Under the pieces are notes generated by a model. It made no database searches. It saw only the letters and a list, made by a program, of their open reading frames with translations, and was not told the origin of the DNA. Made by a program: the position numbers and the translations under genes. From positions 16,900 to 80,899 of the forward strand of contig CAWFAD010000008.1 in assembly GCA_963813815.1 (NCBI GenBank): DNA of 64,000 bases, written 5' to 3'. How positions within the stretch are numbered: position 1 is the first letter of the stretch; every line of letters starts with the position of its first letter. This document shows positions 19,068-27,268 of this stretch, piece after piece. This DNA comes from an uncultured bacterium (lineage in GTDB: Bacteria > Krumholzibacteriota > Krumholzibacteriia > Krumholzibacteriales > Krumholzibacteriaceae).

Positions 19068-20594
19068 ATGAAACATAAATACCTCTACCTCGCAATCTCG
19101 GTGAGCGGGGCCTCCGTACTCGCCATCGAGATTCTCGGCACGAGAATTCTCGGTCCCTTTTACGGAGTGAGTCTCTTCCTCTGGTCGGCGCTCATCACGG
19201 TGACGCTCGCGGCGCTCGCGGCCGGATACGCCCTCGGAGGCCGATGGGCGGACCGCGGAGCGACGATGGCGAGGCTGTGCATCTTGCTCGCCGTCGCCGG
19301 CGTCTGGCTCATCGCCGTCCCGTGGATCAGGGATCCCCTGCTTCACGCAACGGAGCGGGCGGGTCTTCGCTCGGCCGTTCTTCTCTCGGCGCTCGTTCTC
19401 TTTTTTCCGCCGCTCTTGCTGCTCGGAATGGTGACCCCATACGCCGTGAAGCTCCGCACGGCGAGCCTGAGCGAGGTCGGCCGCTCGGCAGGCAACCTCT
19501 ACGCGATCTCGACCCTGGCGAGCGTCGCGGCCGCGCTCGCGACGGGGTTCTTTCTCATCCCGCATTTCGGCGTCCGGCGTCTCACGCTCGCCGTCGGGGC
19601 GATTCTCGTGGCGACGGCGCTTCCCGGGCTCGTCGGCCGCCGCTCCTCGGCGGCGGCGCGTTCCGCCGCCGCTCTCGTGCTCGTCGCGGCGGCGCTCTTC
19701 GCAGCTCGACTCGACGAAAACGCGGCCGCCCCCGAGGAGGGCCTCGTCTTCAAGACCCAAAGCGTCTACGGCGAGATCCGCGTCGTCGACGATCAGGAGA
19801 TCCGCTACCTCCTCATCGACGGCGGCATTCACACGGCGGTCGACACGTCGTTCTATTTCAACACGATCATGCAATACGCGAACGTCGTCGACCTCGCGAG
19901 ACTCTACTTCGACCGGCCGGGAAAGCTCCTCCTCGTGGGGCTCGGCGGAGGCTCGATCGCGAGGAGCTACACGCGCTCGGGATGGACGGTCGACGCGGTC
20001 GAGATCGATCCGGTCGTCGTCCGGACCGCGACGGACTATTTCGACCTTCGCCCGTCGCACGCGCGCATCTTTACGATGGACGGCCGGCGCTTTCTTTCGT
20101 CCCGCGCCGAGACCTATGAAGTGATCGTGATGGACGCATACGGATCGAGCTCCATCCCCTTTCACCTCGTGACGAAGGAGGCCTTCGCCGTCGCCGCCGG
20201 GCGGCTCGCCGACGACGGCGTGATGGTTCTCAACGTCCAGTCGGTGGGATGGAAGAGCGGGCTCGTCCGCTCCCTCGCGGCGACCCTCGAGACGGCGTTT
20301 CCGAACGTCGTCGTTATGCCCGTCATAGAGCCGCCGAACAAGGTCGGGAACGTGCTGCTATTCGCCTCGCGTCGATCCCTCGATCTCGCCGAGGCTCCTC
20401 CCGTGCCGATCGATCGCTTCGACGCCGATTACGACCGCCGGCACGCCTGGGACAACCGCTTCACACCCGTGACGACGGGGGTCCCCATTCTCACCGACGA
20501 CCGCAACCACGTCGACATCTGGAGCGAGGCCGTCAACATCGCCGAGCGCGACGAGCTGCACTCTCGTTTTGTGAAGCGGGATGTGAGCTGGTAG
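19068..20594 (+). CDS. fused MFS-like membrane domain / spermidine synthase-like methyltransferase
   Basis: TM N-terminus (EILGTRILGPFYG); GLGGG, VEIDP, DAY and LTDD motifs. Confidence 0.88.
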   Translation: MKHKYLYLAISVSGASVLAIEILGTRILGPFYGVSLFLWSALITVTLAALAAGYALGGRWADRGATMARLCILLAVAGVWLIAVPWIRDPLLHATERAGLRSAVLLSALVLFFPPLLLLGMVTPYAVKLRTASLSEVGRSAGNLYAISTLASVAAALATGFFLIPHFGVRRLTLAVGAILVATALPGLVGRRSSAAARSAAALVLVAAALFAARLDENAAAPEEGLVFKTQSVYGEIRVVDDQEIRYLLIDGGIHTAVDTSFYFNTIMQYANVVDLARLYFDRPGKLLLVGLGGGSIARSYTRSGWTVDAVEIDPVVVRTATDYFDLRPSHARIFTMDGRRFLSSRAETYEVIVMDAYGSSSIPFHLVTKEAFAVAAGRLADDGVMVLNVQSVGWKSGLVRSLAATLETAFPNVVVMPVIEPPNKVGNVLLFASRRSLDLAEAPPVPIDRFDADYDRRHAWDNRFTPVTTGVPILTDDRNHVDIWSEAVNIAERDELHSRFVKRDVSW

Positions 20595-20598
20595 GCGG

Positions 20599-20823
20599 TC
20601 AGTCCCGGTCCAACGCGCGGACTTCCCCTATTTCCTCAATCCGTACGCGATGCCCTTCGAGCTCGCCGGGCACGAGCTTCTCGTGCTGGCCGGTTTTCTT
20701 CTCGACGAAAACGAGGATGCAGGGCGTGCCGTTCTCGAGCGCGCCGACGCCGACGCCGACGACGCCGGGGATCGCCATGAGGCGATCGACGTGATCGTTC
20801 ATGACGGCCGAAATATCCCTCAT
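20599..20823 (-). CDS. 74-aa protein resembling the N-terminal domain of the adjacent Nal1-like protease
   Basis: RBS GGGAGG; LMAIPGVVGVGVG...LVFV...VPGELEGHRV...GEVRAL. Confidence 0.75.
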   Translation of the reverse strand: MRDISAVMNDHVDRLMAIPGVVGVGVGALENGTPCILVFVEKKTGQHEKLVPGELEGHRVRIEEIGEVRALDRD

Positions 20824-20845
20824 CGATTCGCCTCCCGAAGAAGAC

Positions 20846-20877
20846 GACGCCCGCCCCGGAGAACCGGGGCGGGCGTC
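20846..20877 (-). terminator. strong hairpin between the protease and the small ORF
   Basis: GACGCCCGCCCCGG-AGAA-CCGGGGCGGGCGTC. Confidence 0.6.
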
Positions 20878-20923
20878 TTACGCTGGCATCGAGCCTTGGA
20901 ATCCGTGAGATTCCAGCTCTCGA

Positions 20924-22024
20924 TTAGATACCGACCATCGTCGCCCCGTGATAGCTGAGCACGGGAGCGATCGGATTGGCGATGGCGCTCGAAGTGCTGC
21001 CCGCGAAGAGGAGTCCCACCGCGCGGGGATTCGTCGCGACATCCTCGACCAGCAGCGAGCCCGAGTCGCCGCCAGCGAGGAACGCGCTGCGTTTCTGGTA
21101 CACCATAACCTGGCCGGTGTAGCTCCGGGTGAACGCGACGCCGTTGCACTCGTCCTCGTAGCCTACGTTGACCGCCACGTTGATCGCGCTCACGTAGCTC
21201 CGGGTGAGACCCGACGTGCGTCCGCTCTTCTTGACGAGGAGCCCGACGTAAGCCTCGAGCGTCGCCGACGAGAGCACGCCGATCTCATAGATCGAGCCGT
21301 CGGTCCGCACCATGCCGGGGATGACCTGGGCAATGGCGCAGTCGACGTTGTGGCTCGTCGGATAGTAGCTCGAAAGGCTCGAGAGATTCGCCACGAAATC
21401 GGCCGAGAGCTTCTGGCAGCTCACATCGATGAGACCCGGCTGGTTGATGGGGTCGCCGAGGACCGCCACGTCCGGATCCCCCGAGCTCGCCGCGACGTCG
21501 CCGCAGAACACGTGCGAGTTGCTGAGGATGTACTGGACTCCGCCCTTCTGAACGAGGGCGCCGAGCGTGCCGCTGCAGCAGTAGTTGTTCGCGAGGTCGT
21601 TGGCGTTGCCGCCGGAGACCCCGAGCTCGATCGGACGCGGCATGCGGGCGGTGTGCGGCGTGGTCGTCGTCTTGAACGCTTTGATCTCGCCCGTGACGAA
21701 GGGCACGACCGGCACGCCGTCGAGCGTCTTGGGAACTCTCACTTTTCCGGCTTCGGATTTGAGGAACACCATGACGGCCGGCTTTCCATCAGCCGTGAGA
21801 CCGGTGCCCGTCCCAACGACTTCAGGATCCTCCATAAGGGCCGGCGTATGCTTGTTCTGGACCGCCATGACCGCGAGGGCCTCGGGACTCGCCGCCGAGA
21901 GAGTGACTCCCGTCTGATCCGACACTGGAGAAGCTGGTGTCTCCTCCTTGTCGGAGCAGCCGACTAGGCCCACGAAGGCCACGACAGCGATGGCGAGAAT
22001 CGCAAGCCGTGAATAACGCTTCAT
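20924..22024 (-). CDS. Nal1-like S1 (trypsin-fold) serine protease lipoprotein
   Basis: Lipobox LVGC; SGTLG, LSNSHV (His), VDCAIA (Asp), KSGRTSG and GDSGS (Ser) motifs. Confidence 0.85.
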   Translation of the reverse strand: MKRYSRLAILAIAVVAFVGLVGCSDKEETPASPVSDQTGVTLSAASPEALAVMAVQNKHTPALMEDPEVVGTGTGLTADGKPAVMVFLKSEAGKVRVPKTLDGVPVVPFVTGEIKAFKTTTTPHTARMPRPIELGVSGGNANDLANNYCCSGTLGALVQKGGVQYILSNSHVFCGDVAASSGDPDVAVLGDPINQPGLIDVSCQKLSADFVANLSSLSSYYPTSHNVDCAIAQVIPGMVRTDGSIYEIGVLSSATLEAYVGLLVKKSGRTSGLTRSYVSAINVAVNVGYEDECNGVAFTRSYTGQVMVYQKRSAFLAGGDSGSLLVEDVATNPRAVGLLFAGSTSSAIANPIAPVLSYHGATMVGI

Positions 22025-22144
22025 GGAAACCTCCTGTGCTGAAGGGGATGAAATGGATTTATAAAGTAGATTGTCCTCCCCGCGGTTTGCGGAGTCAATA
22101 GCATTTTTTGGCCGTTCCGCCGGGGCCCGCCGGCGCGATAACCT

Positions 22145-22174
22145 TTGCAAAACGCCGAAATCGGGGTATATTAT
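22145..22174 (+). promoter_or_regulatory. ssrA promoter
   Basis: TTGCAA followed after 16-18 nt by TATATT/TATTAT, just upstream of the tmRNA. Confidence 0.55.
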
Positions 22175-22198
22175 CTATGGTCTCACCGAGGCCTCTGT

Positions 22199-22556
22199 GG
22201 GGGCGAATGGATTCGACGGGGATGGAAGAGGCAAGGGGAGCGTGCCGAGGCGCCATCAACCTCGTAAATCAGGTGGCACAACACAACTGCCGACAACCAG
22301 TTGGCACTGGCTGCCTAGTACATAGGCAACCCGTCCGCTCCGTCTGCGCAGGCAGGGGCGGAACCCGGGCGTCGATTACTGCCGGCTAGCGTGAATCTTT
22401 GCTCAGGAGATTCACGCGAAACAAACATGAGCTAGTCTCTCGGATCTTCTGCCTGTCGAGGCTCCCCGGGACGAAACAAACTCGATAGGACACGCACGTA
22501 GCAGCCCCTCGCGGAAACATCTTCGGACGCGGGTTCGATTCCCGCCGCCTCCACCA
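22199..22556 (+). ncRNA. ssrA: tmRNA; tag reading frame ADNQLALAA* (22289-22318)
   Basis: 5' GGGGGCG...GGATTCGAC; 3' GCGGGTTCGATTCCCGC-CGCCTCC-ACCA acceptor with G.U pair; internal tag ending LAA. Confidence 0.97.
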
Positions 22557-22594
22557 TTATCAAGTTGGCACGCCACGCGCGGCGCCTCGGAAAT

Positions 22595-23773
22595 CTAGTG
22601 AAGTGTCCCCTCCAGCAGAAGATCGTCGACGTTTGTTGATTCGAGAAGTCTGAGCCCCTTCTCGCGGTCGACGACGAGCGGCATACAGCCGGGATAGCGC
22701 AGCTTGAATTGTTCCAACCCCCGAAGAGTTCTCGAAGCGCTCGACTTTGCCTCGATCGCGTATATCTTCCCTCTCAGCTCAACGACAAAGTCGACCTCGA
22801 ACTTCCCTTCTCGCCAGTAATGAACCCTTCCGCTGGAACGCAACAACGCCGCGCCGACGGCCGCCTCGAAAATCCGGCCATACCACTGAGGATTTGCGTC
22901 GACCTCTTCGGGCGATCGGAAGGCATGTACCAGAGCGTTGTTCAGCGGCAAGAGTTTCGGGCTGGAAGCCCGCGTCCTCACTTCCGAGCCGCTGTATTTG
23001 TGAAGTGTGCGAATGAGGAATGCCCCCTGCAACAGATCCAGGTAGTGCTTGATCGTGTTCACATTCCCGGTTTCCTGAAGTTGGCCCAGGAGTTTCTGGA
23101 GTGACACCTCCTGGGCTGGATATGCCATCGCAAGCTCGAACATCTGGCGGAAGAGCGCCGGCTTCTGGACTGAACTGAGGCCCAGTATGTCTTTGATGAG
23201 CACGGGTTCAATAATCGAGTCCCGCAGATACTTCTGCCATCTCGGAACGTCGTGACACAACGATGCGGCTGCCGGATATCCGCCGAACTTCAGGAACTCG
23301 TCGAGTCCCCATCCAAAAGCCTCCCTGCACTCGCCGAGATTCCAATGATCGGCAGTGATGACCTCGTATCTCCCGGCCAAGCTTTCACCGAGTCCCCGCT
23401 GAAGGGACAGGCTGGCTGATCCCAACAAGACGACTTTGAGTCTCTTGGACTCGCGGTCCTGATCGAACATGTGCTTGATAACCGAGCTCCAGTGGGGAAT
23501 CTTCTGAACTTCATCGATCACGAGAAGGACGCCATCGCCCATTCGCCTGGCCCTTTCCCAATGCGCCGTGAGCCACTCCCTGTCGGGAGTAACGATCTCA
23601 TCCGCCGTGACCATAAGCGAGGGGCCCTCCCAACGTGCGATAATTTGCTGGAGCCCCGTGGTTTTACCGACTTGCCTCGGGCCGATGACCACCTGGATGA
23701 AATTGAGCTGCTCGCGCAGCCGGGATGCCAATAGTCGAGTGAAATGCCGTTCAATTTCCTTCATAGTGGCCAT
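22595..23773 (-). CDS. AAA+ ATPase, AAA_14/DUF4143 type, with C-terminal nuclease-like motif
   Basis: GPRQVGKT, IDEVQ, LGS, ESLAGR, GGYP and EVDFV...AIEAK motifs. Confidence 0.9.
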   Translation of the reverse strand: MATMKEIERHFTRLLASRLREQLNFIQVVIGPRQVGKTTGLQQIIARWEGPSLMVTADEIVTPDREWLTAHWERARRMGDGVLLVIDEVQKIPHWSSVIKHMFDQDRESKRLKVVLLGSASLSLQRGLGESLAGRYEVITADHWNLGECREAFGWGLDEFLKFGGYPAAASLCHDVPRWQKYLRDSIIEPVLIKDILGLSSVQKPALFRQMFELAMAYPAQEVSLQKLLGQLQETGNVNTIKHYLDLLQGAFLIRTLHKYSGSEVRTRASSPKLLPLNNALVHAFRSPEEVDANPQWYGRIFEAAVGAALLRSSGRVHYWREGKFEVDFVVELRGKIYAIEAKSSASRTLRGLEQFKLRYPGCMPLVVDREKGLRLLESTNVDDLLLEGTLH

Positions 23774-23920
23774 AGCATATTCATTTTTGGTAGATTTGTC
23801 TAGTATATTTAGGAGAATAATCTACTAAACTTTGAATTATGCCGCAACAAATTGTTATTATATGAGTTATATAATTAGCACTTCTACGGAAAGCGGGCAA
23901 AAACAGGGGTGTCCCTCCGC

Positions 23921-23945
23921 TTCTTTGCAACAGTGTCCACCATTT
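23921..23945 (+). repeat. att-like repeat copy A
   Basis: TTCTTTGCAACAGTGTCCACCATTT. Confidence 0.7.
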
Positions 23946-24009
23946 TCGAGCATAAGCTTCGATTTCCATGCAACAATGTACACTGTATATCGCATGGCTG
24001 GACGACAAC

Positions 24010-24336
24010 TCACGAGACGAACCGGAAGGCCCCGAACCAGACGACAAACATGAATCCGAGCACGCAGAGAAATCCGAAGGCTATCAAAGCCGCGATTATC
24101 ACGGTGCGCCGGAACATGAGTCGCTTTGCTTCCATGTAGGTTTCCATTGCATCCTCCTTGTTGAGCGGTACAGGCGCATCTCCCGTCGTTTCCATCTTTG
24201 CGAACTCCTTGGCAAGGTCGGCGGTTTCGGGGTCACTCGCCAGGTACGATTCGACAAGCGCGCGCGTATCCGCGCTCGCCTCGTTGGCCACATAGATGGG
24301 TAGAAGATCGAGAATCACGTTTCGAGTGATCTTCAT
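24010..24336 (-). CDS. membrane anti-sigma factor (zf-HC2-like, lacking Zn ligands)
   Basis: NVILDLLPIYVANEASADTRALVESYL plus a C-terminal TM helix; directly downstream of the ECF sigma gene. Confidence 0.75.
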   Translation of the reverse strand: MKITRNVILDLLPIYVANEASADTRALVESYLASDPETADLAKEFAKMETTGDAPVPLNKEDAMETYMEAKRLMFRRTVIIAALIAFGFLCVLGFMFVVWFGAFRFVS

Positions 24337-24337
24337 T

Positions 24338-24823
24338 TCAATACACCTTCCTTTCGATACAGGCCGCAAGGATCATCTTGCGAACGCGATGCACTTTCAC
24401 TTTGGCTGATGCGAGTGTGATTTCCAAGACGCGGGCGATCTCCTCGTAAGGCATATCATGCCGCACGCGCAGGACAAAGGCCGCACGATCGATCTCCGGA
24501 AGCGTTCGCAGGAGCCTCTCAACTCTTACCAGCTCGAGCCGGGATTCGGCTCGATCTTCCGGTCCGGCCGCGGGATCCGGCAGCGTCTCATCGAGAGCGA
24601 TCTCGCGCCGGCTCTTGCGCCGCCGTTCAAGAAACGTGTTGCGAGCGATCGTCATGAGATATGCCTTGAGGGTTTCCGTGCGAATGGCGCTTCTCTTCAC
24701 CCATGCGCGAACGAACGTTTCGGAAGTGATGTCCTCCGCTTCGGCGCGCTCGCCCGCAAGCGAGAAAGCGAAGCGGTAAACCTCCGGGGCGTAGGACTCG
24801 TATAGTTCTTGAAAGCGCAGCAT
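24338..24823 (-). CDS. ECF RNA polymerase sigma factor
   Basis: AEDITSETFVRAW, YLMTIARN and YEEIARVLEITLASAKVKVHR. Confidence 0.92.
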   Translation of the reverse strand: MLRFQELYESYAPEVYRFAFSLAGERAEAEDITSETFVRAWVKRSAIRTETLKAYLMTIARNTFLERRRKSRREIALDETLPDPAAGPEDRAESRLELVRVERLLRTLPEIDRAAFVLRVRHDMPYEEIARVLEITLASAKVKVHRVRKMILAACIERKVY

Positions 24824-24957
24824 TTTTCTCCTCCGGTGATAATAGACATTTGGAGATGGAAAGTTACAAACAAATGGATGTGACATGAGGAGGGATGCGC
24901 TCACTCCGGAGCCGAGCGACAGAGATGGGGTACGGTACGATAGCGTGCAGGTGGCGT

Positions 24958-24982
24958 TTCTTTGCGAGCGTGTCCACCAATT
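24958..24982 (+). repeat. att-like repeat copy B
   Basis: TTCTTTGCGAGCGTGTCCACCAATT. Confidence 0.75.
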
Positions 24983-25005
24983 CAAATCAGACGACAACGT
25001 CAGGC

Positions 25006-25857
25006 CTACGGCCGAATCCCGGCTGATTCTCGAAAGATCGTTCGCGATACCAGCTCGGTTGCACAAGCAGTCAGCGCGAATATCGCGAGAATGATCAGGT
25101 AGATCTGCAGGGCGCTCAGGTCTCCAAAATCCCACCAGTTGTCGCGCATAAGATTCACCGCCGATGTATTCAGCACGGCATGAAAAAACATCGCTATGAA
25201 CAAACTGCCATTGCTCCATCGCCAGAGGTGACCCATGATAAATGCGATGAGAATCGTAGATATCGGATATAGCACGACAAATTGCGACCAGCTCAATCCA
25301 TTGCGGAAATCCGCAAACCTGAATGCGGGGAAATGCCAACACGCCCAAACGAGGCCGACTATGATTGCCCTGGTCACTGATCTCAAGCGGTCCTGCAAAC
25401 GAGATTGGAGAAAACCGCGCCAACCCATCTCCTCTCCCAACGGGCCTACTCCGAAAATAATCCCGCCCAGAAATGCATTCACCGGCACGAGTGCGATCAT
25501 GGTAGCGGCGATTTTCCATAGGGCGATTTTGGCCGAAATCCCCAGAACGAGATAGAATACCAGTCCGATGGCGGGCAGCAGAAAGAAGGCAGCAATATAA
25601 ACACGCCAGTTTACCTTTACGAGAATCAAGCGCTTCAGCAGACCGAGGACAGCCGCGCGCCCGCCGGTTAGGCCAGTCATAATAAGCGCAGCTGCGGTCG
25701 GGCCAAAGCTGCCTGCCAGAAGAAATCCCGCAAATCTCCCGTCGTTGATACCGACCATTCCATTAATCGATGCTATGCCCATCAACCAGATCGCCCACGA
25801 AATAGCGTAGGCAACAGCCACAAAAGCCAAGATGGACTTGATCCCTCGATCCTTCAT
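25006..25857 (-). CDS. CPBP/Abi family intramembrane metalloprotease
   Basis: GEEMGWRGF, WACWH and FHAVLN motifs; multiple TM segments. Confidence 0.92.
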   Translation of the reverse strand: MKDRGIKSILAFVAVAYAISWAIWLMGIASINGMVGINDGRFAGFLLAGSFGPTAAALIMTGLTGGRAAVLGLLKRLILVKVNWRVYIAAFFLLPAIGLVFYLVLGISAKIALWKIAATMIALVPVNAFLGGIIFGVGPLGEEMGWRGFLQSRLQDRLRSVTRAIIVGLVWACWHFPAFRFADFRNGLSWSQFVVLYPISTILIAFIMGHLWRWSNGSLFIAMFFHAVLNTSAVNLMRDNWWDFGDLSALQIYLIILAIFALTACATELVSRTIFRESAGIRP

Positions 25858-26028
25858 TGAGGGCCTCCTCAATCAAGGCGGCATCCGGCCCGTAGGAGAG
25901 TATCATCGCCGAGTGAAGTAAGGCATACCTGGACTGCGTGCATCAATACGGCACAGCGGCGCAGTTGTTTCCAGAAAAGAGCCCGCCTGGATTCGGTCTT
26001 GCATTCCAGCAGTACGTGCGGCGGTCAC

Positions 26029-26250
26029 TCAGTATCTGTCGAGTGCCCAGTTCAGCGCCTTCGCGACAGTCTTTCCCTTAACACCGATATGCCGGGCAAT
26101 AGCCTCGTTACTGAGCGCCAACCGTTTCAAATGCAACGCCTTTCCCGCGATCTGCTGATATTTTGGAGGGATCTCGACCTCCAGAAGTTCCGCTTCGAAT
26201 GTCATCTCCGCAAAGGTTCGAATTCTTTGCGGGCGTGTCCACCATTTCAA
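26029..26250 (-). pseudogene. orphan HTH-containing C-terminal module whose frame begins at att copy C
   Basis: KWWTRPQRIRTF...LSNEAIARHIGVKGKTVAKAL; the only start is a TTG abutting the core, with no clear RBS. Confidence 0.6.
26209..26247 (+). repeat. att-like repeat copy C (most complete)
   Basis: CGCAAAGGTTCGAATTCTTTGCGGGCGTGTCCACCATTT. Confidence 0.8.
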
Positions 26251-26265
26251 CTCAATTGTGTCGGA

Positions 26266-26754
26266 TCATTCTTCGCAGACCGATTTCGAGCGTTTGCGAC
26301 CCTTAATGGTCTTCAGCGCATCGGTGAGGACCTTCAGGACGAGCCTGTCTTTCTCCCTTGCCGCCGCTTCCTTGCTGGCAATGATCCGCTCCAGCTTCAG
26401 AACGAGCACTTTTGTCCGACCGAGAGGCACCTTGATCGCATGTTTCCTTTCCTCGTCGAATTCGCCCAGTCCGTCCATAGTGAGAACGATATCGAAGAGC
26501 TCGATGCCATTGCCGGCGAACATTGGCCCATTCCTCGCCGTCGGAGGAACGTAAACGCCACGAACCTCTTTCAGGGCTTTTTCAAGGCCGGGATCCGGCA
26601 GCGTGCGAAACCACAGGTCGATACCCTGAGTCACAACGGGCGCTCCCTGAAGGGCGGCGGCGGAAAGCCCCACGATCATGAACTCGACTTTCTGGCGAAC
26701 GAGCTCCTTCAGAAACTCCGCTTCCCGATCACCGAATATCAACGAATCGGCCAC
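26266..26754 (-). CDS. nucleotidyltransferase-fold protein
   Basis: IVGLSAAALQG...TQGIDLW and C-terminal IIASK...REKD, typical of this small NTase family. Confidence 0.75.
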   Translation of the reverse strand: MADSLIFGDREAEFLKELVRQKVEFMIVGLSAAALQGAPVVTQGIDLWFRTLPDPGLEKALKEVRGVYVPPTARNGPMFAGNGIELFDIVLTMDGLGEFDEERKHAIKVPLGRTKVLVLKLERIIASKEAAAREKDRLVLKVLTDALKTIKGRKRSKSVCEE

Positions 26755-27097
26755 GACGCAACGCCCTCCTCAAACGCTCGACAGGCTTCTCACTCAAGAG
26801 AAGCAGTGTATGCCTGATATTGTCTCGATCGATCCCTGGATGCAGCCTCGAGATGCGTTCCGATTCGGTGGCCAGGGATTTCATCCGTTCGGCCGGCGTA
26901 TCCGTTTCTTCGAGCAGGGCCGATACGGATATATGCAGGCGCTCCGCAATAAGGATCAGGGATAACGGGACGACGTAATCCTTGCGAGCCAGCGAATAGA
27001 ACGCATTTCGACTGACCCCCGCTTCACGCAGCATCTCTCCGATGTTCAGGCCCCTCCGGCGGCATTCGTATTCGACCTTATCCATGGAAAGCTTCAT
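26729..27097 (-). CDS. XRE-like HTH protein (putative antitoxin or autoregulator)
   Basis: LNIGEMLREAGVSRNAFYSL HTH; overlaps the NTase gene. Confidence 0.72.
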   Translation of the reverse strand: MKLSMDKVEYECRRRGLNIGEMLREAGVSRNAFYSLARKDYVVPLSLILIAERLHISVSALLEETDTPAERMKSLATESERISRLHPGIDRDNIRHTLLLLSEKPVERLRRALRRGRFVDIR

Positions 27098-27103
27098 ATA
27101 CAT

Positions 27104-27132
27104 AATGTACCACTATTTGGTACACTTGTCAA
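27104..27132 (-). promoter_or_regulatory. sigma70 promoter with palindromic operator
   Basis: TTGACA-N17-TACATT, with TGTACCA-N5-TGGTACA (27106-27124) overlapping the spacer and -10 box. Confidence 0.75.
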
Positions 27133-27161
27133 CCGAGAATAGGCCCTTGTGTGACGTTATT

Positions 27162-27263
27162 CTAACCGTTGGGTCGATGCTCGACACGCCGGAGCCAGGC
27201 AGCAGCTTTAGTCGCCGTCTTGTCTGTGATTCCGAGCCTCCTGGCGATCGCCGAGTCGGGCAT
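27162..27263 (-). pseudogene. second, shorter remnant of the att-associated HTH module
   Basis: MPDSAIARRLGITDKTATKAAAWL aligns with LSNEAIARHIGVKGKTVAKALNWA. Confidence 0.6.
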
Positions 27264-27268
27264 AGTCT

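Noticed and set aside
22071-22389. Short ORFs overlapping the tmRNA
   Set aside because: Explained by the ssrA gene; only the tag frame is meaningful.
24824-25519. Long N-terminal extension of the ECF sigma ORF (393 aa in the track)
   Set aside because: It overlaps the CPBP gene in another frame; an RBS supports the start at 24823.
26209-26244. tRNA gene at the GGTTCGAA...CCA sites (also 30034-30068)
   Set aside because: No D-arm, anticodon arm or complementary 5' acceptor strand, and the T-loop-to-CCA spacing is wrong.
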